In this document: one piece after another, positions 14,585 to 23,320 of the stretch
How positions within the stretch are numbered: the first letter of the stretch is position 1
Layout of the letters: every line of letters begins with the position of its first letter
Source of the DNA: an uncultured Planctomycetaceae bacterium
GTDB lineage: Bacteria > Planctomycetota > Planctomycetia > Isosphaerales > Isosphaeraceae
Reading direction: 5' to 3'
NCBI GenBank assembly: GCA_963833985.1
Contig: CAWIAD010000002.1
Coordinates: 1,504,001 to 1,568,000, forward strand
Length of the DNA: 64,000 bases
Notes under the pieces: generated by a model
Database searches by the model: none
Seen by the model: the letters and a program-made list of their open reading frames with translations, nothing else
What the model was told of the DNA's origin: nothing
Program-made: the position numbers and the translations under genes

Positions 14585-15022
14585 ATGCTGCTCCGACGCG
14601 AAGCCACCGATGATCGCGACGAACACATCGACATGACGCCGATGGTCGATGTCGTGTTCCAGCTCATGACCTTCATGCTCTTCTCCGTTCAGATGACCGG
14701 CGGCGAGAAGGTGGATGTGCCGCCGGCACGGCACGGGGTGGGCATCCAGGAATCGATGGCCACCATCCTCACCTTGCTGAAACCCGGTGCGCCCGGCGCA
14801 GAGCCGCAACTCCTGCTGGGGCATGGTGAAGGCGCTGTCGTGACGCTCGACCAGGCCAGGAAAGCTGTGGCCGACGGCGTCCGCGACAACCGCCGCAAGG
14901 TCATCCTCCAGGCGGACGGCGACGTGCCTCACGGAGAGGTGGTCAAGGTGTCGGCGGCGCTGAGCGAGGTCGAGGGAATCACGGTCCACATCGGCGTGCA
15001 AGAGCCGATGGGTGCAAAATGA
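14585..15022 (+). CDS. exbD: ExbD/TolR family protein
   Basis: IDMTPMVDVVFQLMTFML transmembrane motif and ADGDVPHG. Confidence 0.9.
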   Translation: MLLRREATDDRDEHIDMTPMVDVVFQLMTFMLFSVQMTGGEKVDVPPARHGVGIQESMATILTLLKPGAPGAEPQLLLGHGEGAVVTLDQARKAVADGVRDNRRKVILQADGDVPHGEVVKVSAALSEVEGITVHIGVQEPMGAK

Positions 15023-15060
15023 CGCTGCCGGATCTTTCTTGAGTTGAGGGTCTGCTTGCT

Positions 15061-16446
15061 GTGGCGCGCTGGGACATCTTTCACGCCGACCGCCTGGAGC
15101 TCGTGCGCGAGCAAAGTACGGAGGACATCCGCCAGGCCATGGCGCGGGGCGAACTGCGCGATGACGATCTCGTCCGCCCCGCGGGCACCTCGGTCCCCTG
15201 GGCGCGTATCGCCGACATTCCGGAGCTGCTGGCCCCCCCCGCGGCGCCGCCCGCCACGCCGCCGGAGCAACCCGCTCAGGCGCCTCCGGCCCCGGCCAGG
15301 CCCGTGGCAGAGCGGCTCCCGGACTTCGAGGAGATTCAGCCCGACCTGGAGCAAGCGGTCCCCGAGCCGCCAAGACACAGGCTCACCGAACTGCCCGCCG
15401 CGCCGGGCTCCGACGTCGCCTTTCCCATCATCGACCTTCCCGATCCCGAACCGGCTCTCGAGCCGCCACCGCACCCACTACGGGCTTCGGGACACCCCCC
15501 GGTTCAGCTTCCACCCGCCATTGCAGCACCCGCCTGGGCCTGGGCCGAGGACGATGAGGACGATGAGGATGACGACGAGGACGACGACCTGCGCGTGATC
15601 GAAGCTCAGAGTGATATTGAGATCCTGGCCGAGGACGAGAGCCCGGAGCCGGAGCCGGAGCCGGGTCCGCACGCCGGCCGCAACGTCGTGCCTGGCAAAC
15701 CTCCGGCCGCTCGGCCGGCCGGACCCGCGAGCCACGGCGATCCCCAGCCGGAACATCTCGATCCTGCGGACGCACGCGCAGCGCGCCGCGACTGGGAGCC
15801 CAGCGACCACGATCTCCGCATGGACCAGCGCGGCGAGGGCCGATCAAGCCATCTCGCCCTGCCCGTGGTCCGCTCGCACGATCGCGACGGTAGCGGCGAT
15901 CCCCACGCGGACGAGGAAGCATCCGAGTCCGGGTTCTCGCTCACCCGATCCGCGACTCAGAAGATCGAGGAGCTCGACCTCGCGCCCATGGTGGATGTGG
16001 CCTTTCAGCTTGTGCTCTTCTTCATGGTCACCGCCACCACAGTCCTCTACAAGACGCTGGAGATCCCCAAGCCTTCCGGCGAAACCCCCTCCGGCGCGGT
16101 GGCCCAGGGCCGGTCGCGCACGCTCGACGAGCTCAAGGACGACTTCATCCTGGTCGAGATTGACGACCGCGGGGCCATGAAGCTGGATCGGGAGCCGATC
16201 GAGCCGGTCCGCGAGACCCTGGTCGAGCTGCTGCGCCGCGCCCGCGAGAAGACGGGCCGCAAGACGATGCTGCTCTCCGCCGACTATGGCACCCTGCACC
16301 GCAACGCCGTGCTGGCCTACGACGCGGCCCAGGAAATTGGCCTGGGAATCGCCATCGCCAAGCCGAAGGCCCCCCAGGGCCCCGGCCCCGCACTGGCGCG
16401 GGCCTTCCGCCGGCTGCCAGGTCCGGGTCCTAGGGCGGTTCTCTGA
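15061..16446 (+). CDS. ExbD/TolR family protein with N-terminal GYF_2-like domain and acidic/Pro-rich linker
   Basis: C-terminal LDLAPMVDVAFQLVLFFMV motif. N-terminal GELRDDDLVRPAGTSVPWARIADIPEL resembles GYF_2/DUF4339. Confidence 0.8.
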   Translation: MARWDIFHADRLELVREQSTEDIRQAMARGELRDDDLVRPAGTSVPWARIADIPELLAPPAAPPATPPEQPAQAPPAPARPVAERLPDFEEIQPDLEQAVPEPPRHRLTELPAAPGSDVAFPIIDLPDPEPALEPPPHPLRASGHPPVQLPPAIAAPAWAWAEDDEDDEDDDEDDDLRVIEAQSDIEILAEDESPEPEPEPGPHAGRNVVPGKPPAARPAGPASHGDPQPEHLDPADARAARRDWEPSDHDLRMDQRGEGRSSHLALPVVRSHDRDGSGDPHADEEASESGFSLTRSATQKIEELDLAPMVDVAFQLVLFFMVTATTVLYKTLEIPKPSGETPSGAVAQGRSRTLDELKDDFILVEIDDRGAMKLDREPIEPVRETLVELLRRAREKTGRKTMLLSADYGTLHRNAVLAYDAAQEIGLGIAIAKPKAPQGPGPALARAFRRLPGPGPRAVL

Positions 16447-16564
16447 CGGGTTGCAGGCAGTTCCCGAGTTTTGGAAAGGGGGGGCAGACATTCCTGGCTG
16501 CCGACATTCCTGTCTGCCAGGGCAGGCCCGCTCCGGCAGGCAGGAAGGCCTGCCCCCCGGTCTC
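16431..16564 (-). repeat. Dispersed REP-doublet/MITE-like element, copy 2 (inverted; overlaps the stop codon of the long ExbD gene)
   Basis: Reverse complement aligns with 2552-2673 and 58243-58360. Confidence 0.85.
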
Positions 16565-16719
16565 GGTCTGCGAGGGAGCGGCGGCTCTCCGACCCGCGCT
16601 CTGCCGGCCATGCCCGCGAGTCTGCCCTGGCTGTGTTTCGTTCACCGCCCTGGTGACCGGCCTCGCCATCGCGCCGCGGCTGCGCTGTGCTCCACGCGCC
16701 TTGCGTCCCGAGCATGGGG

Positions 16720-17363
16720 CCTCGCTCCACCTCAACAGGGGCGACGGCCAATTTGAAGACCGCTCGGAGAACAGAGGGCTGGTCGAGCAGGTATACGCCC
16801 TGAACGTGGCGCGCGGAGACTATGACAATGATGGCCGGCCCGACGTGCTGTTCTTGCGGGGAGTGCTTGCCCGCGCTGGACCCCAGGACCGGACAGCCGT
16901 CGCCGGGCGAACCCGATCCGCGCAATCACTGCCGCCTTTACCACAACCGCGGCGACGGCAAGTTCGAGGATGCCGCGGAATCCGCCAGTATCTCCGGGAC
17001 CCTGGTCACGGAAGGCACTGGCTGAAGGTGAAACTCGTGGGCACGCGCTCCAACCGGTCGGCTCTGGGCGCACGCATCCGGGCCGATCTGGTGGGGCCAG
17101 AGGGCGCCTCGCGGTCGATCCACCGGATGATCGGCAGCAACGGCAGCTTCGGCGGCAACACGCTCGTCGAGACCATCGGCCTGCGCGAAGCGGCCTCCGT
17201 GGCGCGTCTGACCGTCCACTGGCCGGACAGCGGAACGTCTCAGACATTCGAGAACCTCGCCGCCGACCAGTTCATCGAGATCCGCGAGAGCGGCGCGTCC
17301 CCCCGGACACTCCATCCGCAACCAGACCCCGCTGGCCCGGAGCCTGCCGTGCCTCCAGGGTGA
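16720..17363 (+). pseudogene. Eroded FG-GAP/ASPIC-UnbV (CRTAC1-like) gene
   Basis: Fragments LNRGDGQFED, GDYDNDGRPD and YHNRGDGKFED (different frame) fused to an ASPIC/UnbV domain (HWLKVKLVGTRSNRSALGARI...LTVHWP). No proper N-terminus. Confidence 0.7.
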
Positions 17364-18036
17364 CGCCGCAGCTCGAGTGCTGGTTCATGATCCATTGCGC
17401 CACCTTCGCGGCCAGGCTGCTGTCCAGGTAACCCCGGCGGCGGCTTGCCTCCACGTCGGTGACGCGCTCCAGGTAATGGAGCCAGTTCGGGTCAAACTCG
17501 TATCCGGCCGCCAGCAGCCGCGCCAGGTGCTCGCGACGCCGCTCCAGTTCACCGGGGCTTACCGGCACATAGCACGCCGGCAACTCGATCAGGAACTTGC
17601 CGGGCCGACCGTCCGGATCGATGTTGCGCCAGGTGCCAATCTCGTACGACCGCTCAAGGACCGGGCCGATGGTGCCGATCTCGTATTCGCTGACCGGCCT
17701 GGCCGGCTCGATGCCCAGCATCGGGTGCGTGTCCTCGGCGTTGTGAAACTCGAAAGCCAGTGCTCCGGGATAACGCCGCCGAAGCTCCAGGTCGAGCGCA
17801 TCCAGATCCATGTCGAGACGCCGCATACCCGCCGGCAGCGAGTAGACCGGCAACGCGGCCGCGGGATCGTCCAGGAGAGCCAGGAGCGTGTGCGCGAAAG
17901 GGATCTCGACCAGGCATACCCCGAACGCGCCCTGGCGCAGCATCCGGTAGACTTCGCGCGCGAGCAGCGGGGCGCAGCGCTCGTTCGCGTGCAGCCCGCT
18001 GATCAGCAGGATATCGACCGAGGGGCAAGCTTTCAC
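17272..18036 (-). CDS. Hypothetical protein with possible M14/AstE-like Zn-binding motif
   Basis: ILLISGLHANE (HxxE) and a downstream FEFHN. Start and end are uncertain; the ORF overlaps the ASPIC relic. Confidence 0.5.
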   Translation of the reverse strand: MKACPSVDILLISGLHANERCAPLLAREVYRMLRQGAFGVCLVEIPFAHTLLALLDDPAAALPVYSLPAGMRRLDMDLDALDLELRRRYPGALAFEFHNAEDTHPMLGIEPARPVSEYEIGTIGPVLERSYEIGTWRNIDPDGRPGKFLIELPACYVPVSPGELERRREHLARLLAAGYEFDPNWLHYLERVTDVEASRRRGYLDSSLAAKVAQWIMNQHSSCGVTLEARQAPGQRGLVADGVSGGTRRSRGSR

Positions 18037-18217
18037 GCTCCTGAGCCCCGAGCCATTCGATAGGGCAAACAAGCGATGATCCAGACATTCTCGCAGTGCT
18101 CACACAGCCGGAACAGTGGCGTGAGTAGCAATGAAGACAGAAGAGGACAGGCAACGCAGGCTTGCCCTGGCCAGACCGATCTGGTAGATTGTGCGGATCT
18201 TGCTGGGAGGTCCGTGC

Positions 18218-19270
18218 ATGACGATTGCCCGTGCGCATCTGGTGGATCCATCGGTTACTCGCTGGTATCACTGCATCACGCGGTGCGTGCGGCGGGCGTT
18301 TCTGCTGGGGGAGGGCGGGATCGACCGCAAGGAATGGATCGAACGGCGCTTGCAGGAACTTGCGGAGATCTTCTCCGTGGCGGTGGGCGGGTTCGCCATC
18401 CTCGATAACCATCTGCATCTGCTGGTGCGGCTCGACCCCGATGTGGCGGCGGGGTGGGCGGATGAGGACATCGTGCGGCGCTGGGGGAGGCTTTTTCCGC
18501 CCCGCGACAAGGCTCGAAAGGCACTGCCGGTCTCGGAGGCTTGGGTCAAGGAACGGCTGAAAGACGTGAAGTGGGTGGCCACCGCACGCCAGCGGTTACA
18601 GAGCCTGAGCTGGTTCATGAAGTGCCTGAAGGAGCCGCTGTCACGGATGGCCAACCGCGAGGACGACACGCGCGGGGCGTTCTTCGAGGGGCGGTTCAAA
18701 AGCGTGGCGATCCTCGATGAGGAATCACTGCTGGCGACGTGTGCCTACATCGATCTGAACCCGGTGGCGGCGGGCATCGCTGAGGTGCCCGAGGCGAGCG
18801 CCCACACGTCGATCAAGGAACGCGTCGAGCATGTCCGGGACCAGGGTCGAGCCGAGGACCTGAAGGCCGCCGAGGCCGGCAGCGTGGCGGGGTCGCAGGC
18901 GGCGGAGGGGCTGGAGGAGGGGCTGTGGCTGTGCCCGATCGAGGACCGACGGGGGCTTGACTCGGACTCGGACTCCGGTCGCGGTCGCGAAGGGATGGTC
19001 GAGGGGTTCTCGCTGGGCAGCTATCTGCTGCTGGTAGAGTACACCGGGCGGCTGTATCGCGAGGGGAAGGCGGCGATCTCGACCGAACTGACCGGGATCC
19101 TGGAGCGGCTGGGGAGCAATGCCGAGAGCTGGCAGGCGCGGCTGCTGAAGCTGGCCGGGGGCCGGCTGCTGGGGCGGTTCTTCGCGGCGAGCCGGGAGCG
19201 GCTGAGGGAGATTGCGGGGCGGCTGGGGCGGCATCATCTGGCGAACCTGGGCGGGTGCGAGGTGAGGTGA
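18218..19270 (+). mobile_element. Long Y1/HUH tyrosine transposase (IS200/RAYT superfamily, ~350 aa)
   Basis: YHCITRCVRRAFL, DNHLHLLV (HUH), LSWFMKCL, GAFFEGRFKS, YIDLNPVAAG (catalytic Tyr). Confidence 0.9.
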
Positions 19271-19346
19271 TGAGCGTGATGCGGCGCGGTGCTGGTCGGG
19301 CTCACGCCCGAGGTTGGGGGCTGCGCCCGTGAAAACCACGTGCTGA

Positions 19347-19560
19347 CGCAGGTGGCCATGCGCCGCGGACGCCAGGGCGCACGCGCAGGTGGCCATGCGC
19401 CGCGGACGCCAGGGCGCACGCGCACGTGGCATTCCGGCCCGCACCCCGGAGTGCGGGCGTCCGAGGCCATCCGCCACCTGCACCAGGGTGCTCACTCACT
19501 TCGGGGTGATCGGGCAGGTGGCTGTCCGGCGCGGACTTCGGGGTGATCGGGCAGGTGGCT
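19347..19560 (+). repeat. Two adjacent 37-bp-period tandem repeats sharing GCAGGTGGC
   Basis: 19347-19383 is identical to 19384-19420, with a degenerate third start at 19421. ACTTCGGGGTGATCGGGCAGGTGGCT occurs at 19498 and 19535. Confidence 0.9.
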
Positions 19561-19802
19561 ACGCGGTCTGGCCTGGCGGGTGCGCCAGTGGCAAGAGGCC
19601 CGGTGTTGGCGGGAGGAGGTCCATCGGCGGCGAATTCGCACGATCGCCGGCATTTCCGCCGTAGACTGAGTAGGACGGGAGAGCCTGCGATGGCATCCCG
19701 GATTGGCCTTGGCAGGCAAGGAGAGCGTGCCCTGCGGAACCAGGCCGCGGGTGCTCTGGCAGGCCGCGTACGCATCGGCCCGCAGGCAGAGCGTGCCCTA
19801 CG

Positions 19803-20012
19803 GCTCTTTGACAATGCGGTGGATGGATTGGACCAGCGCCGGGCCGGCGGCGCACGGCTCCCCTCGTTGACCAGGCGGTTGAGGCGGTCCGCAGGAGTTT
19901 TACAGCGCACAAGTCGGGGATCGAACCCAATCGAAAATGCAAACTTAAAGCCTTTATGCGAAATGATTAAGGTCCGATGGCTTCGCCTGAGTGGGCCCAG
20001 GAACGAACCCAA
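19803..20012 (+). repeat. boxA-like motif plus fixed-geometry CGAASCCAA module, copy 1
   Basis: GCTCTTTGACAAT at 19803; CGAACCCAA(19922)-N42-TCCGATGGCTTCG-N18-CGAACCCAA(20004-20012). Confidence 0.75.
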
Positions 20013-20275
20013 AATGGACCCGTCGCGGGGCAGTGATGCGGCTGGGAGGTCGAGCCAGAGGAACGGCGCGGCCGCTCCAACCGGCGCGGCCGTACCAAAC
20101 CGGCGCGGCCCTTCCTGCCGGCGCAGCGCTCCAGGGCCGTGGGACGGCTCCATGGAGTCAGCGATGTCCCGCCCTTCCAGCACGTTGCCAGGGTCTTCCG
20201 CAGACGACGCAGCGCTTCGCCGAAGCATCCCCACCCGGAGCGCAAGGATGAGTTCCGCATGCACAGGTCATGGAA

Positions 20276-20366
20276 CGAAGCCAACGGGAAATACAAACCT
20301 AAATGACATCTGTGCAAGGAGTAACGTCCGATGGCTTCGCCTGGGCGGGCCCGGGAACGAACCCAA
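20276..20366 (+). repeat. Fixed-geometry CGAASCCAA module, copy 2
   Basis: CGAAGCCAA-N42-TCCGATGGCTTCG-N18-CGAACCCAA. Confidence 0.75.
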
Positions 20367-20823
20367 TTCTGAGAGGACACCGGCCGTGCACGGTGTGACG
20401 ACACCGGACGACCCGAGCGGAAGCAGGGCGGTTTGCCGGCCGAGTGGCTGGGTGGCTCCCGCTGGCGTGCACCGGATGCGGCTCGAAGTTTCCCGAGCGG
20501 GCGTCGAGCAGGCGTGGAATGCACGCGGTGATAGGCCGTCCAGGCCCGGCATTCGCCGCGGTACGAGGTGCCATCGATGGGACTTCCGGAGGATTGCGCC
20601 GGACTTCGTCCGCGTGTTCGGCGGGGTCCGTGCACTCGGCCTGGTGCTCACGCCGGAATGGCTGGACCTGCCGCGACGCGGAACATCGCGAGGACCTGAC
20701 CGAGGCAGCCGCCGGAGGGCGGGGTCCTACTCCGTTGAGTGCGCGGCGCGGCGGTCCCATAATGATGCGGTAACCAACTGGCGGATCATCCGACAACCCG
20801 GACCTCGACCGTTCATTTCAAGC

Positions 20824-21804
20824 ATGAAGATATCATTGCCTAAGAAGTTTTGCCGCGCCGCAGCGATTGTACTGGTCGCCCTGTCCGGCTGCGGGGATGG
20901 AGCGCAACCGGGTTCGGCGGCGGGGACGCCAGGGTCGAAGCCTGGAGGCTCGGGCCGGCTCTTCGGGTTCACGGCCCAGACGATGAACAACCCGTTCTTC
21001 ATCGACCTGGAGCAGGGGCTCAAGAAAGGGGTCGAGGCGCACGGCGACCGGCTTGTCACGCTCGATGCCCAGTTCAACAGCCTGAAGCAGAAGAACGACA
21101 TCTCCGATCTGCTTCAGCAGCAGCCCACGGCGCTCTTCGTCAACCCGGTGAACTGGGAAGGGGTGCGCGGTAGCCTGATCGAGGCGAGGCGGAAGAAGGT
21201 GCCGGTGATCATCGTGGATGCACCCGTGAGCGATCCAGAGCTGGTGTTCTGCCAGGTGGCTTCGGACAACATCGAGGCCGGCCGGCTGGCGGCCGAGGCG
21301 CTCGCGAAGGTCAACCCCAGGGCCCACATGGTGATCCTGCACCACTCGATCAACAAGGCCTGTATCGACCGGGTCGACGGGTTCAAGCAGGTCGTCGCCC
21401 AGCACCCGGAGATGGCCATCCTGGACACCCAGGAGGTCACGGGGACCGTGGAGACCGGGCGGCCCGTGATGCGCGACCTGCTGGGCCGGTTCCCGGACCT
21501 GGACGCCGCGTTCACGATCAACGACCCCAGCGCCCTGGGTGCGATCTCGGCGATCGAGTCGGCCGGCAAGCTCGGCAAGGTGACCGTCGTCACCGTGGAT
21601 GGCTCGCGGGAGGCGGCCGCGGCCATCAAGGCCGGCAAGCTGCATTCCACCTCGGCGCAGTTTCCCAGGCAGATCGGCCAGGTAGCGGCCGAAACGATGT
21701 ATGAATACCTGGATGGCAAGCCCGTGCCCAAGGACATCAAGATTCCCGTCCGGCTGATCACGCGCGAGAATGCCGACGAGTTCCTTCAAACCCAGAGCCC
21801 GTGA
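20824..21804 (+). CDS. Sugar ABC transporter substrate-binding lipoprotein (RbsB-like)
   Basis: ATG at 20824 within ORF 19543..21804. Lipobox LSGC, NNPFF, SDNIEAGRLAA, INDPSALGA, VDG. Confidence 0.9.
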   Translation: MKISLPKKFCRAAAIVLVALSGCGDGAQPGSAAGTPGSKPGGSGRLFGFTAQTMNNPFFIDLEQGLKKGVEAHGDRLVTLDAQFNSLKQKNDISDLLQQQPTALFVNPVNWEGVRGSLIEARRKKVPVIIVDAPVSDPELVFCQVASDNIEAGRLAAEALAKVNPRAHMVILHHSINKACIDRVDGFKQVVAQHPEMAILDTQEVTGTVETGRPVMRDLLGRFPDLDAAFTINDPSALGAISAIESAGKLGKVTVVTVDGSREAAAAIKAGKLHSTSAQFPRQIGQVAAETMYEYLDGKPVPKDIKIPVRLITRENADEFLQTQSP

Positions 21805-21808
21805 GTCC

Positions 21809-23314
21809 ATGTCCCAGGGTGGTACCGGCGCCGGCATGCTCCTCGTGCTGCGCGGATTGACGAAACAGTTCGGCGGCGTGCGAGCGCTTGGCGGCGTCGA
21901 TTTCACGCTTCGCGGCGGTGAGATCCACGCCCTCCTGGGTGAGAATGGCGCGGGCAAGTCGACGCTCATCAACATCCTCGCCGGGCTGGTGCGGCCGGAT
22001 TCCGGGACGATCGAGCTGGACGGCACGCCGGTGGAGATTCGCCGGGTTGCCGATGCCGAGCGGCTGGGCATCCGTGTCATTCATCAGGAGCACTCGTTGG
22101 CTCCCAATTTGTCGGTGGCCGAGAACCTCTGCCTCGGCCGCGAGCCCGTCCGGTTCGGCCTGCTGGACCGGCGGCGCCTGCTTGCCGAGGCGCAGGGGCT
22201 GATCGACCGGCTCGGCCTGCCGGAGATCGGATCGCCCGCCGACCTGGTGGAATCGCTGAGCACGGCGCGCCGGCAGATGGTGGAGATTGCCCGTGCGCTG
22301 GGCGTGCGTTCGCGCATCCTCATCCTGGACGAGCCGACGTCCTCGCTCTCGGACGTGGAAACCGCGGCGCTCTTCCGCACGCTCCGCCGGCTCCGCGACC
22401 AGGGAGTGGGCATCATCTACATCTCGCACCGGCTCGAGGAGGTGCGGCAGCTTGCCGATCGCATCACCGTGCTCCGGGACGGCAAGAACGCCGGCAGCCA
22501 GACAGGAGGCGAGATGGATGCGCGTACCCTGGTGCGGTGGATGGTGGGCCGCGACATCCGCGAGCATTTTCCACGCCCGCCCTGGAACCCGGGAGCCACG
22601 GTCCTGGAAGTGCGCCGGCTGTGCAATGCGCGGGTGCGGGATGTGAGCTTCACGCTCCGCGAGGGCGAGGTGCTCGGTTTCGCCGGGCTCATCGGCGCGG
22701 GGCGGACCGAGCTGGCGCGGGCCCTGTTCGGGATCGATCCGATTGACTCCGGCGAGATCCTGGTCGCGGGGCAGCCCGTGACGATCCGCTCGCCGGCGGA
22801 CGCGCGCGGGGCCGGAATGGTCCTGGTGCCCGAGGATCGCCAGCGTCAGGGGCTGGTGATGACCGGTTCCGTCGCGTATAACCTGGCCTTGCCCTGGACG
22901 CGCGACTGGATTCACGGGGTGCGGCCGGACCGCCAGCGGAGGTCCGCGATCGTGGCTCGGGCGATCCGCGGCTTTTCGATCAGGGTCGCGGATCCGGAGA
23001 GTGGGATCGGCAGCCTCTCCGGCGGCAACCAGCAAAAGGTCGTGGTGGGCCGGTGGATGGAACGCCCGCCACGGATCTTGATCCTGGACGAGCCGACGCG
23101 CGGGGTTGACGTGGGTGCGCGCGAGGAGATGTACACCATCCTCGGCGGCCTGGTGGCCCGCGGCATGGCGGTGATCCTGATCTCTTCCGACCTGCCCGAG
23201 GTGATGGGGCTGTCGCACCGTCTTGCGGTGTACCGGGAAGGATGCATCGCTCGCGAGCTGGTTGCCTCGGAGGCGACAGCCGAGGATGTCATGGCCGAGC
23301 TTACGCGAAGCTGA
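21809..23314 (+). CDS. Sugar ABC transporter ATP-binding protein (RbsA-like, two ATPase domains)
   Basis: GENGAGKST, LILDEPT twice, LSGGNQQKV, VPEDR. Confidence 0.93.
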   Translation: MSQGGTGAGMLLVLRGLTKQFGGVRALGGVDFTLRGGEIHALLGENGAGKSTLINILAGLVRPDSGTIELDGTPVEIRRVADAERLGIRVIHQEHSLAPNLSVAENLCLGREPVRFGLLDRRRLLAEAQGLIDRLGLPEIGSPADLVESLSTARRQMVEIARALGVRSRILILDEPTSSLSDVETAALFRTLRRLRDQGVGIIYISHRLEEVRQLADRITVLRDGKNAGSQTGGEMDARTLVRWMVGRDIREHFPRPPWNPGATVLEVRRLCNARVRDVSFTLREGEVLGFAGLIGAGRTELARALFGIDPIDSGEILVAGQPVTIRSPADARGAGMVLVPEDRQRQGLVMTGSVAYNLALPWTRDWIHGVRPDRQRRSAIVARAIRGFSIRVADPESGIGSLSGGNQQKVVVGRWMERPPRILILDEPTRGVDVGAREEMYTILGGLVARGMAVILISSDLPEVMGLSHRLAVYREGCIARELVASEATAEDVMAELTRS

Positions 23315-23320
23315 GACCTC

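Noticed and set aside
19347..19560. Mini CRISPR array or guide-RNA array for the Y1 transposase
   Set aside because: These are pure tandem duplications without unique spacers, and no TnpB/IscB/RuvC ORF is recognisable nearby.
19807..19840. TTGACA at 19808 (and at about 37337 on minus) as a sigma70 -35 box
   Set aside because: No plausible -10 hexamer 16-18 nt downstream at either copy. The boxA-like reading fits the flanking GCTCT and AT better, though it is unproven.
19543..20823. 753-aa ORF as a large N-terminal fusion to the sugar-binding protein
   Set aside because: The upstream part is Arg/Gly/Pro-rich read-through of non-coding repeats. The lipoprotein signal starts at ATG 20824.
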